Below the pieces are notes generated by a model. That model did not search any database, was not told the origin of the DNA, and saw nothing but the letters and a program-made list of their open reading frames with translations. This document shows positions 1 to 9,577 of a stretch of 45,003 nucleotides of DNA, in pieces (the stretch's first letter is position 1; the number at the start of each line of letters is the position of its first letter). The stretch lies in UHGV virus genome UHGV-0019907; one strand, given 5' to 3'. This stretch comes from a virus. The translations under genes were made by a program, and so were the position numbers.

Positions 1-587
1 GCTATGCCGACATTAACAACTATCACGTTTTTCGTGGTATGCACGTCAACACGTTTAACCTAACCATTGGCGTTGAATCAATCGCAACTGTGACGTTCGG
101 TATGATCGGCATGGGTCGCGAAGCAGCCGCTATTCTGCCAAGCGGCAAAGTCACAGAGCCAAAATTAACGCCAGTGATTAGCGGTATTTCGGTTGATGAT
201 ATTACCATTGACAGCGTGACGCAGGTTGGTGTTGCGTGTATCACTGATTTTGAATTTAACTGGGATAACACGGCAGAAGTGCAGCGTTGTCTAGGTGGTG
301 AAGGCTCAGTTGGTGCGGTTATCGCTACGCTTGCAGACGGCACAGGCTCGTTTACTATGGCGTGGTCTGCAAATGGCGCTAAAAACTATGAAAAGCAGTT
401 TACAGGTGAAACCATTGCGATTTCGGTGTCTATGAAAGACAGTCTAGGCAATGCTTATGTATTAACACTGCCTAAAGTAGAGATTACTGCATCTTTACCA
501 AGTGGGGGCAACGCTGACATCCTACAGGCTGATTTTGAGTATCGAGTGATTGAACAAGCACCTACGCTGACACGTACAGCAGCTTAA
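1..587 (+). CDS. major tail protein, C-terminal part (continuation of 44658..45003 across the window junction)
   Basis: Frame is open from nt 3. The leftover 'g' at 45003 plus 'gc' at 1-2 restores the same frame. It sits immediately upstream of the G/GT chaperones and tape measure gene. Confidence 0.6.
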   Translation, partial: YADINNYHVFRGMHVNTFNLTIGVESIATVTFGMIGMGREAAAILPSGKVTEPKLTPVISGISVDDITIDSVTQVGVACITDFEFNWDNTAEVQRCLGGEGSVGAVIATLADGTGSFTMAWSANGAKNYEKQFTGETIAISVSMKDSLGNAYVLTLPKVEITASLPSGGNADILQADFEYRVIEQAPTLTRTAA

Positions 588-593
588 AAAAGA

Positions 594-616
594 AGCCCCG
601 ATTTGGGGCTTTTATT
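594..616. terminator. rho-independent terminator, usable in both directions
   Basis: agcccc-gattt-ggggct stem followed by TTTT; the reverse strand also has a T-run after the stem. Confidence 0.65.
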
Positions 617-624
617 GTTAAATA

Positions 625-810
625 CTACCAAAACAGCCCAAGTTTGTGAGAAGATACTGCAAACATGTGTGTACAAAGCGAGTGTATTCTCCATCCAGGC
701 AATTTAGAAACACTTTCAACTTTGAAAGATTGAACAAAATACTTGTTATAGCCACCTGAAAATTTAACACCTACACACTTAACTTTTGAACCAATTGCTA
801 AAATATTCAT
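625..810 (-). CDS. hypothetical small protein (antisense moron between major tail protein and gpG)
   Basis: 61 aa ORF with AGGAGA RBS 7 nt upstream and a TTGACA-N17-TATAGT promoter on the - strand. It ends at the bidirectional terminator. Confidence 0.45.
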   Translation of the reverse strand: MNILAIGSKVKCVGVKFSGGYNKYFVQSFKVESVSKLPGWRIHSLCTHMFAVSSHKLGLFW

Positions 811-850
811 TTGACCATCTCCTAAAGCGTTATTGCCTGTATATGTGCTA

Positions 851-879
851 ACTATAATAACATATTAACATTGTGTCAA
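851..879 (-). promoter_or_regulatory. sigma70-like promoter for the 625..810 gene
   Basis: - strand TTGACA (874-879) N17 TATAGT (851-856). Confidence 0.4.
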
Positions 880-928
880 GCCTACATTTCAAATATAATA
901 ACTTTATCTCATAATTTACAGGTGCATC

Positions 929-1456
929 ATGTCTTTAATCGTTGGACTTAATAAATCAAAACAAATCTCTAAATGGTGTGAATATAAAGACGCAGAGGGC
1001 AATGTTTTAGCTGAAATCAAAGTACGTGGCATTTCATACAAGCCATACCAAGTCGCAGTAGAGCGAGCGCAAAATCAAATCGCACAGAAAGGTTTTGATG
1101 TGGATACCGCAAGCGCAAACGACAAACTGTTTCATGAGCTACTGCTTGATGCTGCTGCATGTCATCTTATTGAAGATTGGAAAGGAATCGCTGTACCTGA
1201 CGCAAATGGCGAGCCAAAGGACTTCATCTACACTACTGAAAACGCGAAAAAACTTTTAAACGAGGGTGACATCGGCCCTGTCATTTGGCTATTCGTGAAA
1301 ACCAATGCTGAGCAAATCCAACGCGAAGCTGACGGAATTAAGGCTGATGTATTGGGAAAGTTCGAAAACTCTACGAATGGGCAAAAATCGGAAACGAAAA
1401 GCAAGCCAGCCGCGACTCGAAAATCGCGCAGTACCTCGGAAAAACAAGCGCAGTAA
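929..1456 (+). CDS. tail assembly chaperone (lambda gpG-like)
   Basis: 175 aa ORF between the major tail gene and tape measure. It contains the GGGAAAG slippery site and is followed by an ATG-less open frame in -1. Confidence 0.7.
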   Translation: MSLIVGLNKSKQISKWCEYKDAEGNVLAEIKVRGISYKPYQVAVERAQNQIAQKGFDVDTASANDKLFHELLLDAAACHLIEDWKGIAVPDANGEPKDFIYTTENAKKLLNEGDIGPVIWLFVKTNAEQIQREADGIKADVLGKFENSTNGQKSETKSKPAATRKSRSTSEKQAQ

Positions 1457-1722
1457 TTGAAAAGCCTGAGTATAGCTATACCGCAAATGCGATCCTGAAT
1501 GCTTACAACGACATTGCAAGGGGTCGCAGATACGAGCAAGGTGTTCCGCTGACTTTATCTCCACATGATTTAATGGCCTATATTCAAATGAATGACTTGC
1601 CGTGTGAGCAGGATTTATTTTGCGAAGCGATTTTCATGCTAGACAATGACTTTATTGACGAGCATCGGAAAATGTCAGAGCGCAGAACTGCGGTGCAGGG
1701 TAGCAAGAAAAGGCCGTCTTAG
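929..1722 (+). CDS. tail assembly chaperone frameshift product (gpGT-like), join 929..1360 / 1360..1722 via -1 PRF
   Basis: The -1 frame is open from 1348 to a TAG at 1720-1722, 88 codons past the G stop, and has no ATG of its own. The geometry matches lambda G/GT. Confidence 0.6.
1354..1360 (+). promoter_or_regulatory. programmed -1 ribosomal frameshift slippery heptamer G_GGA_AAG
   Basis: The exact X_XXY_YYZ heptamer GGGAAAG is in the 0 frame of gpG, with codons ttg gga aag at 1352-1360. Confidence 0.65.
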
Positions 1723-1732
1723 TGGCGGTCTA

Positions 1733-1762
1733 TTGACACTATGATAATATATTATTATGATT
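1733..1762 (+). promoter_or_regulatory. promoter of DUF551-like moron
   Basis: TTGACA (1733-1738) N17 TATGAT, followed by an AGGAGA RBS. Confidence 0.4.
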
Positions 1763-1785
1763 ATATTTCTTTTTAGGAGAATGTT

Positions 1786-1947
1786 ATGAGTGAGTGGATT
1801 AGTGTTAATGATAGATTGCCAGATGATAGCTGCGGAGAATATATATTAACATTCGACCCATTTGGAAAAATTAGAATGGTTCCAGTGTGGAGTTTCCATA
1901 AATTACAAGCAACCCACTGGATGCCACTACCAGAACCGCCTAAGTAA
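1786..1947 (+). CDS. DUF551-like small protein (moron)
   Basis: 53 aa: MSEWISVNDRLPDD...HWMPLPEPPK. Has an AGGAGA RBS, its own promoter and its own terminator. Not in the ORF track because it is under 60 aa. Confidence 0.5.
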   Translation: MSEWISVNDRLPDDSCGEYILTFDPFGKIRMVPVWSFHKLQATHWMPLPEPPK

Positions 1948-1970
1948 ACCCCTTTCGAGGGGTTTTTCAT
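1948..1970 (+). terminator. rho-independent terminator
   Basis: acccct-ttcg-aggggt stem followed by a T-run. Confidence 0.6.
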
Positions 1971-2024
1971 TATCAGTTTTAATTATTTGTTATACTACCC
2001 TTAGTCTAAAAATAGGGTAAGCAC

Positions 2025-5000
2025 ATGGCTGTTCAAGAATCACGCTTAGTTATATCAATTGACGCTAGAAACGCTGAAAGAACAGCTAAGGCGTTGAACT
2101 CAGAATTGCAAGGCATCACCGATAACGGTGCAAAAGCAGACAATCAAATCAATGCAATGAGTGGCTCATTAAAAGCACTTGCTGGCTATATGGGTGGAAT
2201 CCTCACTATCAGCAGTGCTATTTCAATGGCTGACGGATATACGCAAATGGCTGCACGTATCCGCAACGCTACATCAAGCGCAGAAGAATATGAGCTGGTG
2301 CAAGAGCGCATTTTAGCAACAGCTAACACGACATTCCGTAGTTTAGGCGAAGCACAGGAAGTTTACTTGAGCATGGCTGGCGGCATGAAATCGCTTGGAT
2401 ATCAAACCACTCAAACGCTTGACCTTGTGGATTCTCTTTCCTTTAGTTTTACCCATAACGCCACTCGCGCGGATCAGGCGCAAAGTGCAATGGATTCCCT
2501 GTCTAAATCTATGGCGAAAGGCAAAATTGATGCTGACGCATGGATTTCAATTGTCACAGGCGCGGATAACGTCATTGCGGATATGGCAAAAACCACAGGC
2601 AAGACAGAAGCCGAAATCCGAAAACTAGGTGCAGAGGGTAAGGCATCACTTGAGGATTTAATTAAAACCTTAATCGCCACTCGTGATGAAAACGAAAGAC
2701 TTGCAAACAACATGGAAAACAGTTTAGCGGATGGCTTCACAAAGCTAACCAATGAGCTGACTGTTTATTTAGGCAAAGCCAACGAAGCTACAAGCGCAAC
2801 AGGGCTTATGGCTGGAGCATTGACCGTACTTGCCGACAACTTGGATTTGGTGGCAAATGCTGCGCTTGTGGGCGGTATCGGCTACATCACCAAAGCCATT
2901 GTTACAAAAACCATTGCAGTACAAGGTGCTATTGCTGCAAGCGTGGCACAAAAGGCAGCAGATGCAGCAGAAGCGCAATCAAGCATTGCTGTAGCCACTG
3001 CAAAAGTAAACGAAGCCAAAGCGCATCTAGCGAACGTACAAGCCACAAATGCAGAAACCCAAGCCAAGTATGGGGCAGCAGCAGCAAACGCGCGTTACAA
3101 GCTCGCTAGTGACGCTGTGACGCAAGCATTGATTGCACAGACAGCAGCACAAGGAGCATTGAATAGTTCCGTGACATTGGGTAGTCGCGTTCTTGGTTTG
3201 GTTGGTGGCCCAATCGGTGCAATCACTATTGGCGTTAGCGCACTCGCAGCAGGCTATATGTATCTGCAAAGCCGAACAGCCGAAGCGAATGCAAAACTTG
3301 AGGAACAAGGAAAAATTGCAAACAAGACGAATGCGGAACTTGAAAAACTCGCAGGCAACGATAAAGTTTCAGCCGTTAATGATTTGACAGCAGCATTCAA
3401 TTCACAGAATGAAGCCTTGTCGAAATCCAAAGAAGCGGTAGACGCTGTTCTTTTCGCTATTCGTGCTTCATCTGTAGAAAATGAACGTGCTAGAAAAATC
3501 ACCGAGGACGCAAGAAATGGCGTGATCAGCTATACGGATGCTATCAGATTACTAAACAATGAAAAAATCTCAGTAGACCTATATAACAAACTCAAAGATC
3601 AAGCTGATCAGTACGACCAGAACTCAATCAAAGCAGCAAATACACAAAGAGCATTAGCCGCGCTCAAGGTTGAAGTAGACCTTGCGGGGAATGCAATGCA
3701 GAATGCGGCAAACAAAGCATTAAACAAAGCGGATTCAATGGATCGGGATGCAAGCGCAACACGCGATGCAGCGCAGGCGAACCGCGAATATACGCAGTCA
3801 CTTTCTGATAGATTGTGGAATCAGCAGTTCGTAAACCGACTAACAACCAAACACAATAAGACGCAAGAGGAAGCGCAATTATTGCTTGAAGCTTATAGAG
3901 CTAACCAGAAAGAAGACATCAGAGGCGTAACGGCAGAACAAAAAAAGTTAATCAGCGAACTAACAAGAGAGAAAAAGGTCGCAGATGATCTTGTTAAGTC
4001 GGCAACAGCAGGCGCAAAAGCACGTAAAAAAGCAGAATCAGAAGCAACCAAGCAGCGCAACAAAGACAATAAAGAAGCGGAACGCCTGCAAGAAGAACAG
4101 TATCAATTACGCGAGCAAATCGCTTATGAGTATGCTGATCGTATTGGCAAGATTGAAAAAGATTTAGCGCGTGAAATTGCAGATATTCAAAAGGCAAATT
4201 TCTCATCACCGGAGCAAACACGCGGATTTATTCAAAACGCTCAGAATCGTGCCGACTTAGAGAAACAGCTCTATATCGCTCAATTGACGCAGCAGTACAG
4301 CGAATGGCGAGCAACGGAAGAACAAAAACTTGATTACAGAGTTCATGTAAATGAGCTAATGATTCAGCTTGATTCAGATATGAATGACGACCTGAAAAAA
4401 CAGGCCATGCAGTCACTCAAAGATCAGGCGAATTATGAACTAGCACAAATCGAACTAAACAAGGAAAAACGCCTATTTGCAGCCAATGAAATATTCATGT
4501 CTGAAAAAGACAAGATTGCAGAACGCTACCGTTTGGAACGCGAAGAAATCCTTAAAAACAAGCAACTGACTGAGCAAGAAAGACAGGCGCAAATTGCAGG
4601 CACATTTGTCCGTGAAGCAGCCGACACAGCAATGCAGCAGCAAAGTGTAGCTCAAAACTACTTGGGTGCGATTGGTGTTGATTACTCAATGGAAGCGGAA
4701 TTTCAGAAAAGACGTGAAGCCATCATCGCAGCGAACGAGTGGGAATTTATTACCGAGCAAGAAAAGAATGAAAGGCTGCTTCAACTAGATAGAGAGTATC
4801 AGGCAGCACGCTTAAGCCTTCAACTAGATTACGGCCAACAAATCACAGGCTCATTTGCCGATGTATTCAAGACCATTGCAGGCGAGCAGTCAAATGGTTA
4901 TAAGCTGATGTTCACGGCTCAAAAAGCCTTTGCTATTGCAAGTTCGATGATTGCGATTAAAAACGGTATTGCACAAGCGTTTTCATTACCGTTCCCTTTA

Positions 5001-5417
5001 AACTTGGCAGCAGCCGCAACCGTAGCAGCTCAAACCGCTTCACTTGTTTCAGACATCAAAGCAGTAAAAGAAGGCGGTTTTAAAGATGGCGGCTATACGG
5101 GCAACATGGGTAAAAACCAAGTTGCAGGCGTGGTACACGGTCAGGAATACGTGCTAAATGCAGAAGCAACCAAGCGCGTAGGTCGTGGCACATTGGATGC
5201 CTTAAACAATGGTGGAACGCTAGAATCAGGCGGTGGAGTAAACGTAATTATCAACGTACCGCAAGGCTATAAAGCTGTTCAAACTCAAAGCGAAAACGGT
5301 GTTACAATCGACATTGTAGAAAATATGATTAACCAGTCGTGGGGCAACGTAAACCGCCCGAACAGTAATGAAAGCCGAGCCATTCAGGGCGCTTTCGGCA
5401 TAGCACCGAAACGATAG
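2025..5417 (+). CDS. tail tape measure protein
   Basis: 1130 aa, rich in Ala, Gln and Glu with long helical coiled coil. It sits after the chaperones in the usual position. Confidence 0.85.
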   Translation: MAVQESRLVISIDARNAERTAKALNSELQGITDNGAKADNQINAMSGSLKALAGYMGGILTISSAISMADGYTQMAARIRNATSSAEEYELVQERILATANTTFRSLGEAQEVYLSMAGGMKSLGYQTTQTLDLVDSLSFSFTHNATRADQAQSAMDSLSKSMAKGKIDADAWISIVTGADNVIADMAKTTGKTEAEIRKLGAEGKASLEDLIKTLIATRDENERLANNMENSLADGFTKLTNELTVYLGKANEATSATGLMAGALTVLADNLDLVANAALVGGIGYITKAIVTKTIAVQGAIAASVAQKAADAAEAQSSIAVATAKVNEAKAHLANVQATNAETQAKYGAAAANARYKLASDAVTQALIAQTAAQGALNSSVTLGSRVLGLVGGPIGAITIGVSALAAGYMYLQSRTAEANAKLEEQGKIANKTNAELEKLAGNDKVSAVNDLTAAFNSQNEALSKSKEAVDAVLFAIRASSVENERARKITEDARNGVISYTDAIRLLNNEKISVDLYNKLKDQADQYDQNSIKAANTQRALAALKVEVDLAGNAMQNAANKALNKADSMDRDASATRDAAQANREYTQSLSDRLWNQQFVNRLTTKHNKTQEEAQLLLEAYRANQKEDIRGVTAEQKKLISELTREKKVADDLVKSATAGAKARKKAESEATKQRNKDNKEAERLQEEQYQLREQIAYEYADRIGKIEKDLAREIADIQKANFSSPEQTRGFIQNAQNRADLEKQLYIAQLTQQYSEWRATEEQKLDYRVHVNELMIQLDSDMNDDLKKQAMQSLKDQANYELAQIELNKEKRLFAANEIFMSEKDKIAERYRLEREEILKNKQLTEQERQAQIAGTFVREAADTAMQQQSVAQNYLGAIGVDYSMEAEFQKRREAIIAANEWEFITEQEKNERLLQLDREYQAARLSLQLDYGQQITGSFADVFKTIAGEQSNGYKLMFTAQKAFAIASSMIAIKNGIAQAFSLPFPLNLAAAATVAAQTASLVSDIKAVKEGGFKDGGYTGNMGKNQVAGVVHGQEYVLNAEATKRVGRGTLDALNNGGTLESGGGVNVIINVPQGYKAVQTQSENGVTIDIVENMINQSWGNVNRPNSNESRAIQGAFGIAPKR

Positions 5418-5426
5418 GAGTTTTTA

Positions 5427-5897
5427 ATGGATACTTTTAAACTTTGCCCGCTGCAAGATGGCTATAACTTCATGGCTGGCAATAACGTCCGTGAACAGGC
5501 TTTAGAGGGTGGCCAGCCGCGTCAGGTGATTAAGTTCATCGGCGCGGTGCATCGTGTCGGGGCGCAAGTCATGGCGAAAGACCCGCGCGAACGCCAATAC
5601 TTTTGGGCGTTTTGGCGACTCAATCAGACCAAGCAATTTCTTTGGAATCTAGCACTGGATAGCGGTGATATGGAGGACTGCATTTGTCAGTTTTCAGCCG
5701 AAGCTGTGCCACAGGAAACTTTAGTAGGTGCATTCGCTCGACGTATTTCATTTACGGTTTATGTAACACAGATTGTTCGTAATGCTGATTTTGACCGCGA
5801 CATTATCACTATTTTTGATAACACAGAAGATACCGTGATTCCAGATATTGAGAAAATTCCGAACGTATGGCTGCCTGATGCGGTGGGGGTGGAATAA
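5427..5897 (+). CDS. minor tail protein (distal tail / tip assembly)
   Basis: Position immediately after tape measure; 156 aa. Confidence 0.5.
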   Translation: MDTFKLCPLQDGYNFMAGNNVREQALEGGQPRQVIKFIGAVHRVGAQVMAKDPRERQYFWAFWRLNQTKQFLWNLALDSGDMEDCICQFSAEAVPQETLVGAFARRISFTVYVTQIVRNADFDRDIITIFDNTEDTVIPDIEKIPNVWLPDAVGVE

Positions 5898-6403
5898 TGG
5901 AAATTACAGAAGAAGTCAAACAGATTTTAGACCAAAGCAACGGGCCTTTAGGAATTGTTGAAGCGATTGAAATTAGCCATTCAAAATGGCCGCGTGTGCT
6001 GCGTTATGTTTCCAATTCAAATATCCCATTGATGCTAACACATGAAAACGGCCAGTCCTATCAGTATGTTTATGCGCAAATCAAAATTGAACGCTCGACA
6101 GATTCTGAAACGCTTGAGCAAGAGCTTAATTTCGTATTTGGTGACTTGGGCGGCATCGTACCTGAATTGGTTGATTTGTTTATCAAAGATGAAGTGATTG
6201 AATATCCGCTTGTTACCTATCGCGCTTATTTCATGGGTAAATATGATACGCCTATTTTCATTGCGCGTGATCTTGAATTGGACAAAGTTACACGCGACTG
6301 GAAAGGCGCAAGCTGTCAATCAAAAGCACCAAGCCTGAATGAACTTGGAAATGGTGAGGTTTACACAGCATCTAGTGACCCTGCATTAATTGGATTCTAC
6401 TAA
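5897..6403 (+). CDS. minor tail protein
   Basis: Tightly coupled start (ATGA overlap) with the upstream gene; 168 aa. Confidence 0.5.
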   Translation: MEITEEVKQILDQSNGPLGIVEAIEISHSKWPRVLRYVSNSNIPLMLTHENGQSYQYVYAQIKIERSTDSETLEQELNFVFGDLGGIVPELVDLFIKDEVIEYPLVTYRAYFMGKYDTPIFIARDLELDKVTRDWKGASCQSKAPSLNELGNGEVYTASSDPALIGFY

Positions 6404-6768
6404 TGATTGAAGCGCTATTTAGGAAACAATATAACCCTGAAAAATACCACTGCGTTCATTTTGTGATAGATGCAGCAAAAGAGATTTATCATGCCGATTA
6501 TGCACACTGCTTTGTTGGCATGACCGGATCATTAAGTGAAACAATTAAAACATCAAAGCAAAATCTATCGACAGGCAAACGCATTCAGTCGCCTAAAGAT
6601 GGCTGCGTGGTTTTAATGACAAATTATGACGAGAGTTCGCATGTTGGTTTATACTATAAAAACCGTGTATTTCACTTAACCGAGCGCGGTGTACAACGGC
6701 CAACACTTGAACAAATCAAATTAATTTTCAAAAGGATTCGCTTTTATGAGCCAAATTTGCATCATTAA
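6403..6768 (+). CDS. small tail-tip protein with NlpC/P60-like Cys-His-His pattern (GTA g14-like)
   Basis: 121 aa: YHCVHFV...GCVVLM...SSHVGLYY...HLTE. It sits directly before the large tip protein. Confidence 0.4.
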   Translation: MIEALFRKQYNPEKYHCVHFVIDAAKEIYHADYAHCFVGMTGSLSETIKTSKQNLSTGKRIQSPKDGCVVLMTNYDESSHVGLYYKNRVFHLTERGVQRPTLEQIKLIFKRIRFYEPNLHH

Positions 6769-9550
6769 AAACGCTCTAGATCAAACTGAGCAAACGACTG
6801 TAAATAGTGATAATCCGTTTAAAGTTTTTTTAGATATTAAAGCGATTCATCCGAAAGCGAAAATTTATCTAGGCAATCCATGCCCTGAAAGCGACATTAC
6901 ACCGACTAGCGACAAGCCTGAAAGCATTGAGCGCCTGATTAATATTAAAGATGACTTGACCATTGTTTGCTATCCAGGTGAAGCTGCGGTGGATTTTGTT
7001 ATGGATACTTTTAACGTCCTGACATTTGGTTTGCTCGATGCAGCAGTGGATTGGCTTTTAGATGTTCCATCCGCCCCTGGCGTTGGCGAGCAAACAGGCT
7101 CAAGCAATAACAACCTAGCATCTCCTGAAAACAAGCAGCGTATTAAAGCCCGTGTGCCTTACATCATCGGTAGGGTTAAAGCGATTCCAGACCTTTATGC
7201 GCCTGCATATCGTCATTTTGTGGATGGTGTTGAGGTTGAAGAATTATTGCTTTGTGTTTCTGAAAATCCAGTGCAGTTGTCAGAATTTAAAGAAGGCGAC
7301 ACGCCAGTTCAAGAGATTACAGGGAAATCTGTCACAGCCTATGGATTGGGTCAAAACATTACCGGAACGCAAAACATTTACAAGGTCGGTGATGATTTCA
7401 CCGAAGCGCCTGTAATCGCAAAGCAAAGCAACTCAATTAATGGCCAGACCTTAATTCCACCAAATTCAACGCGAATCGAGCGCAATGATGTTTATTTTGC
7501 CTACCCAAACATGGTGAAAGTCACAGGCAATGCAGGAGATTTCGATAAGTTTACAACTAATGAAAATATCATTATCGAGGGGGCGAACTTTGGTATTGCT
7601 GACCTGTCAATTACTGGTCCTGCAACTGTAAATCCTGCTAACAATACAATATCCATCACATCATCTCAGACAGTGGCAGGCTATCAGAATTACAAGAAAA
7701 TCAATATCACAGCAATGCTTATTACTGACCCTGTGAATGGACAGCTTGACCTTGCAGGGCTTTATAACATTGATTCAATCACATATTCAGGCGGTGTTTA
7801 TACAATTACACTGCTAAATCCGAGCAGCACAAACGCCGACTTTGCAAAATTAACTGCTAATGCAAATATAAATATCAGTGCAAACCTTACAGCAAATACA
7901 GCAAATATCTATCTTGATGGAGAATACACTGTCACTAATGTAGATATTGAAAATAAAACAATCACACTCGCAACACCATCAAGCATCAACCCTGATTGGC
8001 TGAAATTGGCTGAACTATCATCACAGCAAACACCTACAAAATTGGTGAAACTGCGTGGCAGTCAGGACAACTATATCGGCTGGTTTACGATTGATTCTCC
8101 CGAAGCAACAGGAATGCTTTTTAATTTTCGAGCATTTAGCGGTATCTATAAGGGTAAGGATGCAAAAACTGTCAATATCTCGGTTGAATACCAGCGCGTA
8201 ATTAATGGCGTACCATCAGGCAAGATTTATACCGCATCTACAAGCATGACAGGGCGTGGGAATAACCGTGATTCTATCGGCACATCATTATGGGTAAATT
8301 TGCCAACAACAGGCGCATATCGCTTTAGAGCGCGTCGTACAAACGATAACGGTGATGCAGCAAACCTTTCTGACGAAACCAAATTTTATCAGGCTTATGC
8401 TTTTCATCGCCTTGGTAAATTGGTTTATGACAACCGCGTTTTAGTGCGCACTCGAACCATTGCAACAGTGAACGCAACGAGCCGAGAATCACGCCAACTG
8501 AACTGTATTGCTGAAAGTCTAGTATATACTTATGTTAACGGTGTTAAATCTGCAAATCGTGTGCCATCGCGCAATATGGCAGATTTAACGATTGACCTTG
8601 CATTACATCCTAAGATCGGCAGGCGATCAGTTTCTGAAATTGATTTTGAACGGATCTATCAGACAAAAGATGAGATTGTGGAATATTTCGTCTCTGAAAA
8701 AATGGCCGAGTTCAACTATACGCTTGATAGTTCAAATACATCATTTGAAGAAATGATGCGCATGATTGCAATGGCGACTTGCTCGCACGATAGACGAGTG
8801 GCGAGAAAGATTTACTATGATTTAGAAAGCGCAAGCAATGAGCCGATTATTTTGTTTAATCACCGCAACAAGCGGCCGCAATCAGAAATCCGTGAATATA
8901 CGCTTCGCAATATTTATGATGGCGTTGAACTGACCTATGTTGATTCTGAAAATGGATGGGTAGAGAAAACTATCAAAGTGCCAAATGATTTCATCAGTAA
9001 GCCGAAAAAGATTGAAGCAAAGGGCATTGTTTATCATGAGCAAGCGCACATCATCGCATGGCGTAACTGGAATAAATTATTGTTTAGCCGTATCGGTGCA
9101 AACTTTACTGCATACGGTGAAAGTGATTTAGTGTTTCGTGGTGATTGCGTTTTAAATACCGATGATACACGCTTAGATGATGGCTCAAGCGGCGAAGTAC
9201 TGGCTTGGAATGGGCTTACAGTTCGCGTATCGCAGCCGTACACGCTAGAAGCAGGGTTGACCCATGTAATCCATTTGCAACTCAAAAGCGGAGCAATTGA
9301 CGCGATGTATGTCACGCAAGGCGCAAGCGAATATGAGTTTATCTTGCAGCGCACTCCAGCCGAGCCACTTGTTACGACTGGTCAAGTTAAAACAACTTAC
9401 TCCATCACGACAGAATCACGCCAAAATGAGCAAAAGTTCCTTGTTTCAACCAAGCGACCAAATGAGCTTTTTGAAAATGAGCTAAGCCTTATCAATTTTG
9501 ATGATAGATTCTATCGAAACGATAAAGATATTGTTAATAATGTGGTTTAA
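6746..9550 (+). CDS. tail tip / host specificity protein (gpJ-like)
   Basis: 934 aa ORF overlapping the previous gene; Thr, Asn and Gly-rich beta-type sequence. Confidence 0.65.
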   Translation: MSQICIIKNALDQTEQTTVNSDNPFKVFLDIKAIHPKAKIYLGNPCPESDITPTSDKPESIERLINIKDDLTIVCYPGEAAVDFVMDTFNVLTFGLLDAAVDWLLDVPSAPGVGEQTGSSNNNLASPENKQRIKARVPYIIGRVKAIPDLYAPAYRHFVDGVEVEELLLCVSENPVQLSEFKEGDTPVQEITGKSVTAYGLGQNITGTQNIYKVGDDFTEAPVIAKQSNSINGQTLIPPNSTRIERNDVYFAYPNMVKVTGNAGDFDKFTTNENIIIEGANFGIADLSITGPATVNPANNTISITSSQTVAGYQNYKKINITAMLITDPVNGQLDLAGLYNIDSITYSGGVYTITLLNPSSTNADFAKLTANANINISANLTANTANIYLDGEYTVTNVDIENKTITLATPSSINPDWLKLAELSSQQTPTKLVKLRGSQDNYIGWFTIDSPEATGMLFNFRAFSGIYKGKDAKTVNISVEYQRVINGVPSGKIYTASTSMTGRGNNRDSIGTSLWVNLPTTGAYRFRARRTNDNGDAANLSDETKFYQAYAFHRLGKLVYDNRVLVRTRTIATVNATSRESRQLNCIAESLVYTYVNGVKSANRVPSRNMADLTIDLALHPKIGRRSVSEIDFERIYQTKDEIVEYFVSEKMAEFNYTLDSSNTSFEEMMRMIAMATCSHDRRVARKIYYDLESASNEPIILFNHRNKRPQSEIREYTLRNIYDGVELTYVDSENGWVEKTIKVPNDFISKPKKIEAKGIVYHEQAHIIAWRNWNKLLFSRIGANFTAYGESDLVFRGDCVLNTDDTRLDDGSSGEVLAWNGLTVRVSQPYTLEAGLTHVIHLQLKSGAIDAMYVTQGASEYEFILQRTPAEPLVTTGQVKTTYSITTESRQNEQKFLVSTKRPNELFENELSLINFDDRFYRNDKDIVNNVV

Positions 9551-9577
9551 TATTGTGAAACACAGAGGATTTTAGAT

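Noticed and set aside
1773-1970. 65 aa ORF on the - strand from the six-frame track.
   Set aside because: It lies antisense to a 53 aa + strand ORF that has a promoter, an AGGAGA RBS, a terminator and DUF551-like motifs. The - strand ORF has no upstream signals and runs through the terminator hairpin.
2395-4655. Many short ORFs in both strands inside the tape measure gene (2395, 2474, 2769, 2882, 3027, 3193, 3254, 3664, 3985, 3994, 4228, 4473).
   Set aside because: They are fully embedded in a 1130 aa coding region. Their low-complexity Cys/Leu-rich translations are typical of out-of-frame reading of Ala/Gln-rich codons.
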